From positions 310,001-374,000 of the forward strand of contig OZ037834.1 in NCBI GenBank assembly GCA_964035575.1: a DNA stretch of 64,000 nucleotides. The letters are read 5' to 3'. Origin of the DNA: Rhynchopus sp. YZ270_cl-10 (taxonomy: Eukaryota). Position 1 is the first letter of the stretch. Every line of letters begins with the position of its first letter. The notes below the pieces were generated by a model. The model searched no databases, had not been told where the DNA came from, and saw only the letters and a list, made by a program, of their open reading frames with translations. Shown one piece after another: positions 29,980 to 44,900 of this stretch. Made by a program: the position numbers and the translations under genes.

Positions 29980-32900
29980 ATGGGTGCCGACCTCCGCACC
30001 CTTCTGTGGCCTACGGTGGTCTGGCTCGCTGTTTTACAAACTTTTTTTACGACCTCCGAGGCTCGCATTGCGTTCGACTATAAGAAGAACGTGTACTTCA
30101 TGGGGCGGCTTGACTGCCACTCCATCCACTTTACCACAGGGGACTGCACCTGCAAGACGCCTCTGGAGCAGGTCGTGGTCCGCATCGACGAGAACTTTCA
30201 GTACAGACGCGACTACCTTTACTGTGATTCGTGCTCAGCTGACGGTGTCTCCTATTCGTACAACAAATACAAAGGGATCCTAACGTTAACCGCAGACCCT
30301 CCAATCCCAATGGAAGACTTCATTTCAGTGCTTGCAACAAAAGTCCGTTTTAGAAGTACCTCCAAATCCACCAAGGTCCGCCGTGTCAGTTGGTCATATG
30401 GTTCTGTACCACGCAATCCCGAGAACGGTCATTTATATAAGATAACATATATGACAGATTTGAACGGAAGAAGCTGTGGAAGAAACGAATGCCCTTGGGA
30501 CCGTGCGCAGGCGATTTGCGCGGACCCGAAGAACGACCAATTTGGGCTGATTGGATACCTTGCCACGGTTACCTCGAAGGAGGAGAACGACTTCCTTTCT
30601 GGCATGCACACCAGCAAAACCCGCTACGTCTATCTCGGAGCTACCGACGCAGGCACAGAGGGGCAATGGAAATGGGTGACCGGCCCGGAAGGATGCCCTG
30701 ATACCTACGACCCAAACGGGGCTCCTGCACTACGTAGTGCCTGCGACCTTGGGTACCCCCTCCCCGTTCAAAAGGACCCTTGCACCGGAACACAATGCAC
30801 CGGAGGTACCGACCTCAGCTACACCAAATGGTCTTCTGCACAGCCGAACGAAGGTGGGTCACGATGCAACAGATACTCCGACTGCAGGGCCTCTGGACAG
30901 GATTATATGACAATGACGAGAGACGGGTACTGGGGGGATTTCTCCTACTATGCATCATCCTCGCGGTATTATGCATGCGAATGGGGTGGGGTAGGAGAGC
31001 TTTGCATGGATAAGGAAGATTTTGGAGGTTCCGAAGAGCTTTTCTTGTCGTGCAGCTACATCAGAAGGAAGAGTTCTTGTAAAAGCGCAGCACCCGTCGG
31101 CAGATGCGAATGGTCAGGCGGAAAATGTCGCGACGGAAGCTGCTACAAATTTGATACCGAATCCGAATGTGATACCGATCTCTCATGCGATTGGGACACC
31201 GCTGTCAAGCCTGTCCAATGTGTAGTAGGGTACTGCCAGACACACTACCTCGAGCAGGACACATGCAACGCTGATGACCGCCACCCCTGCCATTGGTATT
31301 CTGATATCGCATCGCCAAACCAATGCCAGACGCTGGACTGTACGATCATTCATGAGCGTTGCGACTGTCTGCACCAACACGAACACTGCTTCTGGGATGG
31401 AGCCAGCTGTCTGACCCTCGACACCACTGTCGGCTGCAGCCGCCACTACACAGACGAAGCTGCCTGCCACGCAGACCTAGAATGCAGCTGGAACTCCAAC
31501 TTCGAGCTGCCCTGCGTCACTAGCGCTTGCTACTACCAATGCGACGAAGCCACCTGCCTCAGCCACACCTGCCACTGGACAGGCTCACGCTGCGAGAACG
31601 ACCCTACCGACTGCGCCAGCCTAGACGAAGCCACCTGCAAGACCACCGGCAAATGCATCTGGAACGCATTCTACAAACCTGGCCAGTGCACCGAGGATGT
31701 CTGCCGCCCTATGACCGACATCCCTGCCTGCGAATCCCTCGAAGTCCAAGCACCCCTCCCCTGCGTCATCGTAGCCGGAGGAGGTGACCCCGACTTCTGC
31801 AATGTCAGCCCCTGTCATTGGATGCCCGGCTCGCTCTTCCCCTGCGAGCCAAAGCTCTGCATGCACCTCGACCCCACCAGCTGTGACGCCGACGAGCAAT
31901 GCAAATGGGACGCACCCAACCCAATCGACCCTACCCTCGGGCCAGGAGACATCGTACTGTACTGCAAGGAGCTGCTGTGTGAATACTCCTCACAGCCTGC
32001 TTGCGAGGCAGACATCGAACAACGCTGTGAATGGGACGCCTCTGGCAACTGCGTGCCACTTCCTTGCGTCGAAGCGATCACAGAGAACCAATGCAGTGAT
32101 GACCCGCAATGCCATTGGGATGTGCAGATCCAGCCCCCGAGGTGCGTTCTCTCAAAGTGTTCACGTGAGGGGCGTACGAAGGAAGCCTGCGTGGAGCACC
32201 CTGACTGTATGTGGGTGTCCTCGACTGCGACGTCGCCGATTGCGCATTGCAAAGTGCTGGACTGCTCCAGCCTCGACACTGCCTGCCAATGCTACGAAAA
32301 CCCCATCTGCACCTTCAACGCTGTCACCGGGGAGTGCAACCCCCCTATCTACACTACCTGCCCAGATCTTGACATTGGCTTTCTCATCGACGGGTCGGGG
32401 AGTATGTCACGCTCCTTTGGTGGGCATCCGCACGGATTCTACGCGCTCATCGCTCTCATGAAGGAATGGGTCTCCAGCGTCCCTCTGACCGGAGAGGACT
32501 ACACCGTCGGGGGCGACAGTGTGGCTCGTGGCAAAGGATTTCGTGTTTCTTTCACACAATTCTCCCGCGCCGACCCCGGCCCTGGAGTGGACCACCCCAT
32601 ACACTGTAGTGTCGGACAGTGCGCTAACGGCCATTTAACTGGAGACCTCGACGAGCTTCTTGGCGAGCTTGAGTGGCACAGAACACACTACCAGCGCTAC
32701 TGGACCTACATCCACGATGCCCTCGCGGATGTTGCTGACAACACCTTCGACCCTGCGCACTCACCCCCGCATCGCATGCACGTTGTTGTCATCATTGCAG
32801 ACGGAGGACTCACCGACTTCACCGGACGAGCCTGCTCTATCAATCAATACCCTTGCCCAACCGGAAAGGACTGGCGGTATAAACCAGAATACCTGGGCAT

Positions 32901-35900
32901 GGTGCAAGACGCGTATGAACGCTTGATGGACGACAACGTGGTCGTCTTCGGTATTGTCATGAAGCGCTACAGCTATAGAACCGTCTACGATATCGACGCG
33001 GAAGTGACCATGAAAAAGCTTGTCACCCAACCCGCAGACGAGCACTACCTGCCCCTTGAGGTGGAAGAAATCAAATCCGACGTACTCTACGCTCTCTGCG
33101 ACCCAACCTCGACCTTCGGCCGTGTCATTTCACCTCCGGTCAACCTCACGCATCTTCCCTGCCCATCATGGGGTTTCCAAGATGAGTGCAACGCAGACGC
33201 ACAATGCGAATGGCAGACCCCAGCCCTCACAACATGCGAGGGTGAAAACATGGAAAACGCCTGCCCGAACCTGAACTGCCACAACGTTCCTTCCCTTTAC
33301 AAAAACGCCTATGCCTGCAACCAATGCGTTCTCGCAAGATCCATTATTACGTGCGGAAACACTATCGTTGGCGGAATTTTGGGGACATGCCAGCCGACCC
33401 ATTGCATTCACTGCTGTGACGCAAACTGTTGCGAAGCTGACCCTGCTTGCAACTGGATTCCCGGGGTCGACGCATGCGAGCGCCGGGTCTGCGAATACAC
33501 TACCGAGGCAGAATGCAACACCGACCCGGACCTTCTCTGCGAATGGAACACCACCGCCTCGCCGCCTACCTGCCAACTCAAGCACTGCGAAGCGACCTTT
33601 ATTATGGAGAAATGCGACCTCAAACCTGAATGCGAATGGGACGCTTCCACCATCGCCTCGCCCCCAGAATGCCTCAAGGTCGATGTCTGCAACACACACA
33701 TCACCGAGGCCGACTGCCACGCCGACACAACATGCCAATGGAACTGCACCGAATCCACCTGCAGGCAGTCCGAATGCTACGTTACCTCAGAGGTGGAATG
33801 CAAGGCTCTCGATGAATGCCTCTGGGATCACACCCACGGATGCAAAGAAAACCATTGTGCCGACTTTGAATCTGACATTGAATGCAGTGCAACCTGTAAT
33901 AACTGTACCTGGGATGATTCTGCAACAAGACCGCACTGCAGAGAGGTCCTTTGTATGAGCTATTCCGAGACAGAATGCGCGAATGTGACGAACTGCCGAT
34001 GGGTAGGCGGAGAATGCATCGAAAGCTACTGCGCAAAGTACGAAGAAAACGTTGCTGCCTGCGGGCAAGACCCTCGATGCGAATTTCTCGCTGACGTCGA
34101 CCCCGCAGGATGCTTCCCTACTGACTGCACTGCAACCCATGGAGGCATTCCTTTCCACGACCTGGACGCAACAACATGCACTGCAGACGCAAACTGCAAG
34201 ACAGCAGTAGACTCAACGGGAGACCCGATCTGTGTACCACAGCTTTGCAGCGATTTTCTTAGCGCATGCGATTGCAACGATCTGCCGGATTGTTATTGGG
34301 ACAGCGTCGCAGGAAGCTGTGTCAACCCTGCGAGAGAAGCCTGCCCTGACCTTGATGTTGCCATCCTTCTTGGCTCCCCTGACGCATTGGACGGTGAGTT
34401 CTCAGGATACTACGACGGTTTCGAAGGACTTATCAACGAAATCCAGTCCTTCGTCTCCACAACCACCTTGACAGGAGAGTCCAGCACCGTCCCTTCCACC
34501 GCAACTGGAGGAAACATGAGACTAGCGTTCATCCAATATGGCGCAACCGGCGGCGTCTGGCAATGCAAAAACGATGGGTCCGGCTGTGCAGGGAACTGTT
34601 CGAACCCGCTCCTGCCTACTGGGGCGCAGTGTACGGATGGGGGTTTTAGTGGTTTAAGAGACGAGATTGTGACCGATTTGAATTGGCATCAGAACAACAT
34701 CATGGCGTCGAGCGACAACTATCTGCCAGCTGCCTTAGACGCGGCGGCGACCCTCTTTGCGACCACTCCTACCCACAGACAAAAGGTCTTAATCATTGTG
34801 AACAACTTCCCATTAAGCCCGGTGGACCCACAACAGACGGAAATTCCTGCAAAAATGACGGCATTGGCAGCATCCTCAGTACACACCTTCACTGCAGTGG
34901 TGCGGGATCAACCTCTTCCAACTGCGGCCGAGACGTTGGCGGAAACGGTCTTCAAGCCGATCGCTTCAGCGCCATCGGACACCCACTATGCAGGTGTTCA
35001 GTTGACACAGCTCAGCACCGTGCTCTCTGAGATGTGCATGCCAGGTGGTACATTTGGTGCAGAGATCTCGAAGCTTAGCAACCCTACGGCGGCAGCATTG
35101 CCGTGTAACAGTTGGGGGTCTGAGACGACATGCCGGGCAGACCCTGCGTGCGCATGGAACGCAGCAACGCCGGTCTGTACTGGAGCTGGTGAATGCGCGA
35201 ATATCAACTGCAGAACGCTCGCTCTAGGGCAGACCGGGTTTCAGTGCAGTGAATGCACCCTGGTGGCGGGGTCTGTAGTGTGTACAGCTGGGGCGAGCTA
35301 CCCGGTGTCTGGATACTGCGATATCAGTCCTTGCCAGGATTCGTGTACGGAGCCTCTGTGTGAGGCTGCGTCTGGTGGATGTACCTGGGATGCGACACAG
35401 TGTGAGACGACGCAGTGCGACTACGTTGACGAACCGACCTGCGAGGCTGACCCAATCTGTGTCTGGAACACCACTGCCGAGCCTGAGGAGTGCACCGTCA
35501 CAGAGTGCCTCCACTTCGCACCGGGCACCTGCGACGCCGACTCCGCCTGTATGTGGGACCCCAACACCGAGGAATGCATTGCCAAGGTCCCCGACTGTGC
35601 CTCCCTCACCTCACCGCAGGCCTGCAACGCACACTACACTGATGCCTGCGGGTGGGACTGCGAGACTGGAACCTGCACGGTGAAGCACTGCATCCACCCC
35701 TTCGATACGGAGTGCCTGGCGGACCCCTTATGCCTTTGGGACGACGACTCTGAGTTGTGCCACAAGATTCGGTGCACGGCTACCACGGAGCAGACTTGCT
35801 CTACCGACGTAGCATGCACCTGGGACGGAAGCTCCTGCACGATGCACGCCTGCTACAAACACGCTAGCGAGTTTTTGTGCGAATCCGACCCGAACTGCTT

Positions 35901-38900
35901 CTTCAGCACAGACGACTGCAGCATATGCCAGATCCGCGAATGCTCCGCCACCTACGGCACTGCCACAGCCGACTGCACAGCAGACCTCCTCGGCATCCAC
36001 TGCCAGGTCGACCCCACCTCGGGAACCTGCGTCGACCTGAAGTGCGATGACTACAACGCCCTCATCAACGGCGGCGCCTGCCCCTGCAAGGAGGACGTCC
36101 GCTGCGAATTCGACCAATCCGTCACCCCACCAAAATGCAAAAAGGCGGAATACGAAAACTGCCCGAACCTCGACATTGCCATTGCCCTCGACGCATCGTG
36201 CCTGACGAACGACTACTTCGGAATGCACCCTAGCGGGTTCGAGGGGATGCTTGAGGTTGTCCGCGACTTCATCCGTGTCGCCCCACTGACAGGAGAAGAC
36301 GCCTCTGTGGGTGTAGGCAGCACCGACGCGACGGACTCCATGCGGTTTGCCCTGAGCACCTACACCACCGACGCCGAGGTTGCCGAGTGTCCAGAGTGCT
36401 CCTGCGGGTCCACCTCGCTGGGCATCAATGCCGGCACAACGGAGTGCGGGAAGTTCACCGGCAGCCGTGCCCAGCTGGAGGCCGACCTTGCCTGGCACAG
36501 AGAGAACCACGACCCGACCTCCTCCTGCAACCCTTCCCTCCAAAGCCTCATGGACTTCGCGAGCAACCTCTTCGTTGAGTCTGGACCCTCGCGTACTAAG
36601 GTCTTGGTCATTCTTGGAAAGGGCAATGCGGATGTAGGGGTGGTCGCAGTGAGAGACGCGCTTGCTGCGATTGGTGTCAAGGTGTTTGCGGTGCAGGTCA
36701 CAAAGAACGCTGTGCCGTCTGTGCTGGACAACGATATGGCGGGGAAGATGCAGGCCAGTCTCGTCACCGCACCAGCCACCTCCACGCAGGTAACGACAGA
36801 CCTCGCTGGGGTGCGTGCGCAGTTCGAGCAGTTCTGCAGTCCTACTGGATCTTTTGGATCGGTGGTGACACAGGGGTTGGTTACATCGTCGAACATCAAA
36901 GCATGCAGCGAGCTTGGTACCAGCACCTTCTGTAATGAGAAGGCGACCTGCCAGTGGTCCAGCGCAGCTGTAGCGTGTGAGGACCACCCATGCTTCCCGC
37001 ATTGCAGTGAGGTGTTGTGCCTTGCAGACACACCAAACAACTGTGTCTGGGATGCAACGACGCACACCTGCCAGAAGACCATCTGTGAGGACATTGCGAC
37101 ACCGACGGCGTGCACGAACAACCCTGTGTGCACCTACGACGTCGCGGCCGCGCCTGCTTGCTTCCCTACCCCATGCTTGGCCTCGACTGAGGCAGACTGC
37201 AACGTGATGGGTGCAGGATGCACCTGGGATGGCGACACCTGCATTGTTACACCCTGCTACCACAATGATACCGCAAACTGCGAAGCCGAGGCTGGGTGTG
37301 AATGGGACAACGTCTGCCCCGACCCGGCAGATCATCTATGCAAGGTGACACCATGTGTCGCAGCTGTCCACAGCACGGCGCAGGGGTGTGATGCGGACCC
37401 GGTGTGCCAATGGAGTGCGCAGTCCTCCTGTGAGCGTCTCGCCTGCACGGAGTTCACGACAGAAAAATGCTGCACCAGCTTTGAGGACTGCACCTGGGAT
37501 ATTTCCCAGACCCCTGTTGTGTGCAGCTTGAAGTACTGCCAGAAGACGTATGCTACTGCCTCCGTCAGCGCAGCGTGCACTGACGACACGCAATGCGAAT
37601 TCAACACGACCTCCCAGACCTGCGTCGCGAAGAACTGCAACGACCTGGAGGAATGCGACTGCCGTGCGGACCCCGTCTGCTACTGGGACACCACCACGTC
37701 ACCCATTGAGAACTGCAGAAACGCAGAGTACGGAGAATGCCCCATCATGGACATTGTCTTCTTGGTAGACGCCTCAACACAGATGACCCGCCAATTTGGC
37801 AGACACGCAAACGGATTCACCGGCGTCATGTCGCTTCTCCGCTCTTGGGCAGGCACCCTCCCACTGTCCGGAGAACTTGGCGGAACCGACGCAGCAACCC
37901 CCAGTGGTATCCGCATCGGGGTTATTCAATTTGCAGGGCAAAAGCCGTCCGGACCATTTGCCGGGTCGTCACGTGCTCTGATCACACCTACCTCGGTTGG
38001 AAGTGAAGGAAGGTTGACCGGTGAATACGGAGAAGTAAGCGGGGACATCACCTGGCAGTCGCAGAATATGCTGGCAACAAGCGACGTCATGCTGGAGAAG
38101 GGTCTGACAGCCGCAGGGGATATGTTCGATCCACTGCACGCACTGAACGGACGCCGCAGGGTTTTGATCATCATCACACAAGGTGTTGTCCACGACACCC
38201 TCTCCCTCCTTTCCGCACAGCGTGTCCTCTCCGATGAGCAGGTAGAAGTCTTTGGTATCGTCATCCGCAGCGCTTCCCCTACGCAAACCAGCATTGACGC
38301 CGAAACTGAACTCAAAAAGATTGCCTCCAATCCTGCTGACAGCTATGTTCAGGGCGTTACCTTAGATGAGTTGGGTGCAACCCTTTTGGAGACTATGTGC
38401 AAACCGGATGGAACATTCGGGCAAATCATTGTGCCTCCTGCTTCGTCCACTGCGAGGATTCCGTGTGGCAACTATGCGGCCGATGCGCAGCTGTGCTCCC
38501 GCGATGCAGGATGTGTTTTCGATGCTGTCACTGAATTCTGCATTGACTCTTCATGCATCCGCCACTGCGAGGAATCTGTCTGCACCGCCGACACCGCTGG
38601 ACTCTGCGTCTGGAACTCCACTACCGACGAATGCTGGAAGGAAACCCTCTGCTCTCACACTACAGAGACCACATGCGATGCAGACGTCACCGGATGCACC
38701 TGGAACTCCTCCGCCACACCACCCTGCGAAGAGCGCGAATGCAACCTCCCCACACAGGACTCCTGCGAGGCCCTCCCCTTATGCTATTGGGACCCAACCA
38801 TCACCCCGTTTGCATGCAACCCTTTGCCATGCCTGTACGATGCCGCAACACCATGTGGTAATGACCCGGCATGTGAATGGAAGGTGTCCGCCTGCTCTGG

Positions 38901-41900
38901 GGAGGATGTGTGTGTCGAGAGGATTTGCTTGCATGGTGTGCAGGATGAGTGTACGACAGACCCGTTGTGTGAGTGGGATGGGTCTGGCTGTGTGGAGCAG
39001 AAGTGCGCGCGGTACACCTCTGAGGGGTGCTGTGGTGCGGTGGACGAATGTGCGTGGACCCCCGACAGCAGTGTTTGTGAGGTTGAGGAGTGCAGCCTGC
39101 TTGGCGATGCGGACACCTGCGATGCAAACCCGCTGTGCCAATACCGTGCCAACGCGACCGGAACAGAGAAATGCCTGCCCCTCGTCTGCAGCACCCTCAC
39201 CGCTCGCTGCGAATGCAACCAGCGTATCAACTGCTACCACAAAAGCAACCCCACCACAGGACAGTGTACGCCCTCCGAATACGGCCTCTGCCCGACCATG
39301 GACATCGGCGTTCTCCTTGACGGGTCGCTTTCTATGACACGGTCCTTTGGGTCACACCGCAACGGCTTCGAAGCTGTTGGTGAGATCATGCGCAGATGGG
39401 TCTCGGAGCTTCCGCTCAACTTCGAGCCTGGTGGTACCCAGGCAGGCAGTACACCGGACAACGGTGGGGCGAGAGTGGGGTTTGTGCAGTATGGTGCTGA
39501 CGATGCAACGGGGACTGCTGTCAGCAAGCTGGCGCCGTTCGCGCTGGCGGGAGGGTCTGGTGGCATGCTTTCTGGTGTGGCCTCGGAGCTGGGGGCGGAT
39601 ATCACCTGGCATGAGTCGAATGTGTACAGCAAAGGCTCGAGGATCGGCTCTGCGCTGCAAAAGGCACAGCTGATGTTCGCTGCTGCGCCCGTTGACGCGA
39701 GGAGACATATCATGTTTGTCATTGCCGATGACGAAATTTTGGATTCAGGTTCCGTGCTTGGGTCGATCCCTGCTGATGTAGAGGTGTTTGGCATCGTCAT
39801 CAGACGTGGTGCTGCCAAGACCGCAACCGACGCTGCGGCGGAAAAATCGCTCAAACAGATCACCTCCGACGACCATGTGACCAACATCGAGATCTCCGAG
39901 CTGGCTGCGGTGCTGAACGGTCTGTGCGACCCGAACGGTCCTTGGGGATCCATGCTGGTCACTGCGGCGCCTGCACCGACCACAGGTGTGCATTTCCCAT
40001 GCCCAGACTACGTCGTGAAGTCTACCTGTGAAGAAGACGTAGGCTGTCTGTGGTCTGATGCTGGTGTGCGTTGTGAGGACCACCCCTGCCTTGGGTTCTG
40101 CACAGAGCCTGAATGCGAGGCTGCTGCCGCCACAGCGAACTGTTCCTGGAACACCACCGCAGATTCGTGCTTCAAGGAGCCCACTCCGGTGTGCACCTGC
40201 AAGTACAACACAACCGACATCGCGTACAACAAGGATAAGTGCAGTGCCGACGTGCTCTGCACCTGGGACGTGGCCCTCAGTGAATGTATGTTCGATGAGT
40301 GCAAAGGGGACAACCTATGCGCAACGGTGGGGCAGTCCTGTGCAGACCCGAACATCATGCCATGCTCGCAGAAGGATTGGGTGTGTACGTGCCCGGATCC
40401 GTCGACAGGGAGTGGGACGGCGCAGGTGGCGGCGTGTGTGATAGATGAGTGTGCCGACACGTGCCCGACATGCGCAGGGAGTGCGTGCACTGCAGGGTTC
40501 CAAGAGTGTGACGACCCAGACACATCTGCAGACTCATTGTCCGATTGGGTGTGTGCGTGCATCCCGCCTGCCACAGGTGTTGCTCTGGCAGGGACTGCGC
40601 AGTGTGTTCTCGATGAGTGTACTGTGGCAACAAACTGCGCAGGGTGCGAGCTGGATCTGTGCTCCAAGTCGGGGCAGACCTGCAACGACCCGAACACAGA
40701 CTCGCAAAGCACCGGGGACTGGATCTGTATCTGCGCACCTCCGTCGACAGCAACAAGCGTCACATCGCTTGCCGACTGCAGCGTTGACGAATGCGATTTG
40801 TACTCGACCTGCGTGGACGCGGGGCAGACCTGCAACGACCCAGACCTGCTGCAGCAAGGCGACTGGGTGTGCACATGCCCGCCCCCTTCTTCAGGCACTG
40901 CTGTGCAGCAGGTCTCCGTCTGCACGCTTGACGAATGCGACGTGCAGGGGTGCCCCACCTGTGCAGATGACACCTGTGGGCCAGGACAGACCTGCGACGA
41001 TCCGAACACATACGCAGACCAACTCTCTGACTGGACGTGCACCTGCATAGCCCCCTCCACTGGGAAGGCTACTGCCAACGCCGCGGTCTGTGCGCTCAAT
41101 GAATGTGTCATCCAGAACTGCCCCACCTGCGCGAACAGCATCTGCACGGACGCTTCCCAGACCTGCTTCGACCCGAGCCCTGTCACCACCAGTACTGAAG
41201 ACTGGCTCTGTGTCTGCGCACCTCCTGCCAACGCGACCAAGCTGCAGGGCCCTGCTGTGTGCCACTTTGATGAATGCGAGACGCACAGCGGCACCTGCAC
41301 GGCCGTGGACCAAACCTGTGAAGACCCGGACACCTTAAAGCAAGGTGACTGGATGTGTCTCTGTGTCACCCCGTTTGCAGGCACAGCAACTGCACAGCCA
41401 GCAGACTGCACTCTCGATGAGTGCGACGTGCAGGACTGTCTCACGTGCGCGAACAGTACCTGCTCTGATGCTGGTCAAACCTGTGTTGATGCGGACACTG
41501 CTGGCACCTCCCTCTTCTCATGGGAGTGTGTGTGTCCAGCACCTTCATCTGGTAGTGCCGTGGCGAACAGTGCACAGTGCGATCTCGACGAGTGTGACAT
41601 CGTCGGCTGTGCCACATGTGAAGATGACCTGTGTGCTAATGGTGGGCAGACCTGTCTCGACCCCAACCCATACATGAAGAACCTTGGGGACTGGTTCTGC
41701 ATCTGTGCACCACCATCGAACGCAACCCTTGTTGGTGCGCTTGCTGACTGCAGAGTTGACGAATGTGTTATCAATGCAGCAGTTTGCGACAATAGTGGTC
41801 AAACCTGTGCGGACCCAGATCTGCACAACCAGGATGACTGGACTTGCAACTGCCCTTCACCTGCAACTGGTGTTGCCACTGCTCTTGCAGCTTCGTGTGT

Positions 41901-44900
41901 GCTTGACGAATGTGTTGTGCAGAACTGCCCAACGTGTGCGAACTCCACCTGCACAGATGCCACACAGACTTGCGTTGAACCTGATGCAGACTGGCACTCG
42001 CTGAACGACTGGGTTTGCGTGTGTCCACCACCGTCTGTTGGTAACGCCACTTCGAATGTTGCTGTGTGTGCTCTTGATGAGTGCACAGCGACATGTACAT
42101 CGTGTGAGGCTGACGTGTGTTCGGCTGGAGGTCAGACTTGTCAGGACCCGAAGCCTTTCTACACTGACAAGAACGACTGGTTCTGTGCGTGTCCTCCTCC
42201 TTCGAACGCAACACTTGTTGGTGCGCTTGCAGACTGCCGTGTGGACGAATGTGTGATGCACGGTAGCACGTGTACAGCTTCTGACCAAACTTGCACAGAC
42301 CCCGACTTGCTCGTTGAGCACGACTGGATGTGTGTGTGTCCCCCACCTGCAACCGGCAGTGCGACTGCGCAAGTGTCCGACTGCGTTCTGGATGAGTGCC
42401 TTGTGCAGAACTGCCCGACGTGCGCAAACACAACCTGCACCGACAACGACCAGACGTGCTCAGACCCTGACACCGACTGGAACGCTGTGAACGACTGGGT
42501 GTGCACCTGCCCTCCTCCTTCAACTGGAAGTGCGATTGCAAACTTTGCTGAGTGTGCGCTGAACGAGTGCACTGTGCCGTCCTGCGACACTTGTGAGAAG
42601 GATGTGTGCTCGAACGGAGGACAGACTTGCATTGATCCCATTCCGCTTTACACAACGAAGAGCGACTGGATCTGTGCGTGCCCTCCTCCTTCCAATGCAA
42701 CCCTTGTTGGTGGACTTGCAGACTGCAGAGTGGACGAGTGCAGTTTCTACGGCGGCACATGCACGAATGTGGGTCAGACTTGTGACGATCCCGACCAGCT
42801 TGTTGAGCATGACTGGACTTGCAACTGCCCTTCACCTGTAACTGGTGTTGCCACTGCTCTTGCAGCTTCGTGTGTGCTTGACGAATGTGTTGTTCAGAAC
42901 TGCCCAACATGTGCGAACTCCACCTGCACAGATGCCACACAGACTTGCGTTGAACCTGATGCAGACTGGCACTCGCTGAACGACTGGGTTTGCGTGTGTC
43001 CACCACCGTCTGTTGGTAACGCCACTTCGAATGTTGCTGTGTGTGCTCTTGATGAGTGCACAGCGACATGTACATCGTGTGAGGCTGACGTGTGTTCGGC
43101 TGGAGGTCAGACTTGTCAGGACCCGAAGCCTTTCTACACTGACAAGAACGACTGGTTCTGTGCGTGTCCTCCTCCTTCGAACGCAACACTTGTTGGTGCG
43201 CTTGCAGACTGCCGTGTGGACGAATGTGTGATGCACGGTAGCACGTGTACAGCTTCTGACCAAACTTGCACAGACCCCGACTTGCTCGTTGAGCACGACT
43301 GGATGTGTGTGTGTCCCTCACCTGCAACCGGCAGTGCGACTGCACAAGTGTCCGACTGCGTTCTCGATGAGTGCCTTGTGCAGAACTGCCCGACGTGCGC
43401 AAACACAACCTGCACCGACAACGACCAGACGTGCTCAGACCCTGACACCGACTGGAACGCTGTGAACGACTGGGTGTGCACCTGCCCTCCTCCATCAACT
43501 GGAAGTGCGATTGCAAACTTTGCTGAGTGTGCGCTGAACGAGTGCACTGTGCCGTCCTGCGACACTTGTGAGAAGGATGTGTGCTCGAACGGAGGACAGA
43601 CTTGCATTGATCCCATTCCGCTTTACACAACGAAGAGCGACTGGATCTGTGCGTGCCCTCCTCCTTCCAATGCAACCCTTGTTGGTGGACTTGCAGACTG
43701 CAGAGTGGACGAGTGCAGTTTCTACGGCGGCACATGCACGAATGTGGGTCAGACTTGTGACGATCCCGACCAGCTTGTTGAGCATGACTGGACTTGCAAC
43801 TGCCCTTCACCTGCAACTGGTGTTGCCACTGCTCTTGCAGCTTCGTGTGTGCTTGACGAATGTGTTGTGCAGAACTGCCCAACGTGTGCGAACTCCACCT
43901 GTACAGATGCCACACAGACTTGTGTTGAGCCTGATGCAGACTGGCACTCGCTGAACGACTGGGTTTGCGTGTGTCCACCACCTTCTGTTGGCAACGCCAC
44001 TTCGAATGTTGCTGTGTGTGCTCTTGATGAGTGCACAGCGACATGTCCATCGTGTGAGGCTGACGTGTGTTCGGCTGGAGGTCAGACTTGTCAGGACCCG
44101 AAGCCTTTCTACACTGACAAGAACGACTGGTTCTGTGCGTGCCCTCCTCCTTCGAACGCAACACTTGTTGGTGCGCTTGCAGACTGCAGAGTGGACGAAT
44201 GTGTGATGCACGGTAGCACGTGTACAGCTTCTGACCAAACTTGCACAGACCCCGACTTGCTCGTTGAGCACGACTGGATGTGTGTGTGTCCCTCACCTGC
44301 AACCGGCAGTGCGACTGCGCAAGTATCCGACTGCGTTCTCGACGAGTGCCTTGTGCAGAACTGCCCGACGTGCGCAAACACAACCTGCACCGACAACGAC
44401 CAGACGTGCTCAGACCCTGACACCGACTGGAACGCTGTGAACGACTGGGTGTGCACCTGCCCTCCTCCTTCAACTGGAAGTGCGATTGCAAACTTTGCTG
44501 AGTGTGCGCTGAACGAGTGCACTGTGCCGACTTGCGACACTTGTGAGAAGGATGTGTGCTCGAACGGAGGACAGACTTGCATTGATCCCATTCCGCTTTA
44601 CACAACGAAGAGCGACTGGATCTGTGCGTGCCCTCCCCCTTCGAACGCAACCCTTGTTGGTGGACTTGCAGACTGCAGAGTGGACGAGTGCAGTTTCTAC
44701 GGCGGCACATGCACGAATGTGGGTCAGACTTGTGACGATCCTGACCAGCTTGTTGAGCATGACTGGACTTGCAACTGCCCTTCACCTGCAACTGGTGTTG
44801 CCACTGCTCTTGCAGCTTCGTGTGTGCTTGACGAATGTGTTGTTCAGAACTGCCCAACGTGTGCGAACTCCACCTGCACAGATGCCACACAGACTTGTGT

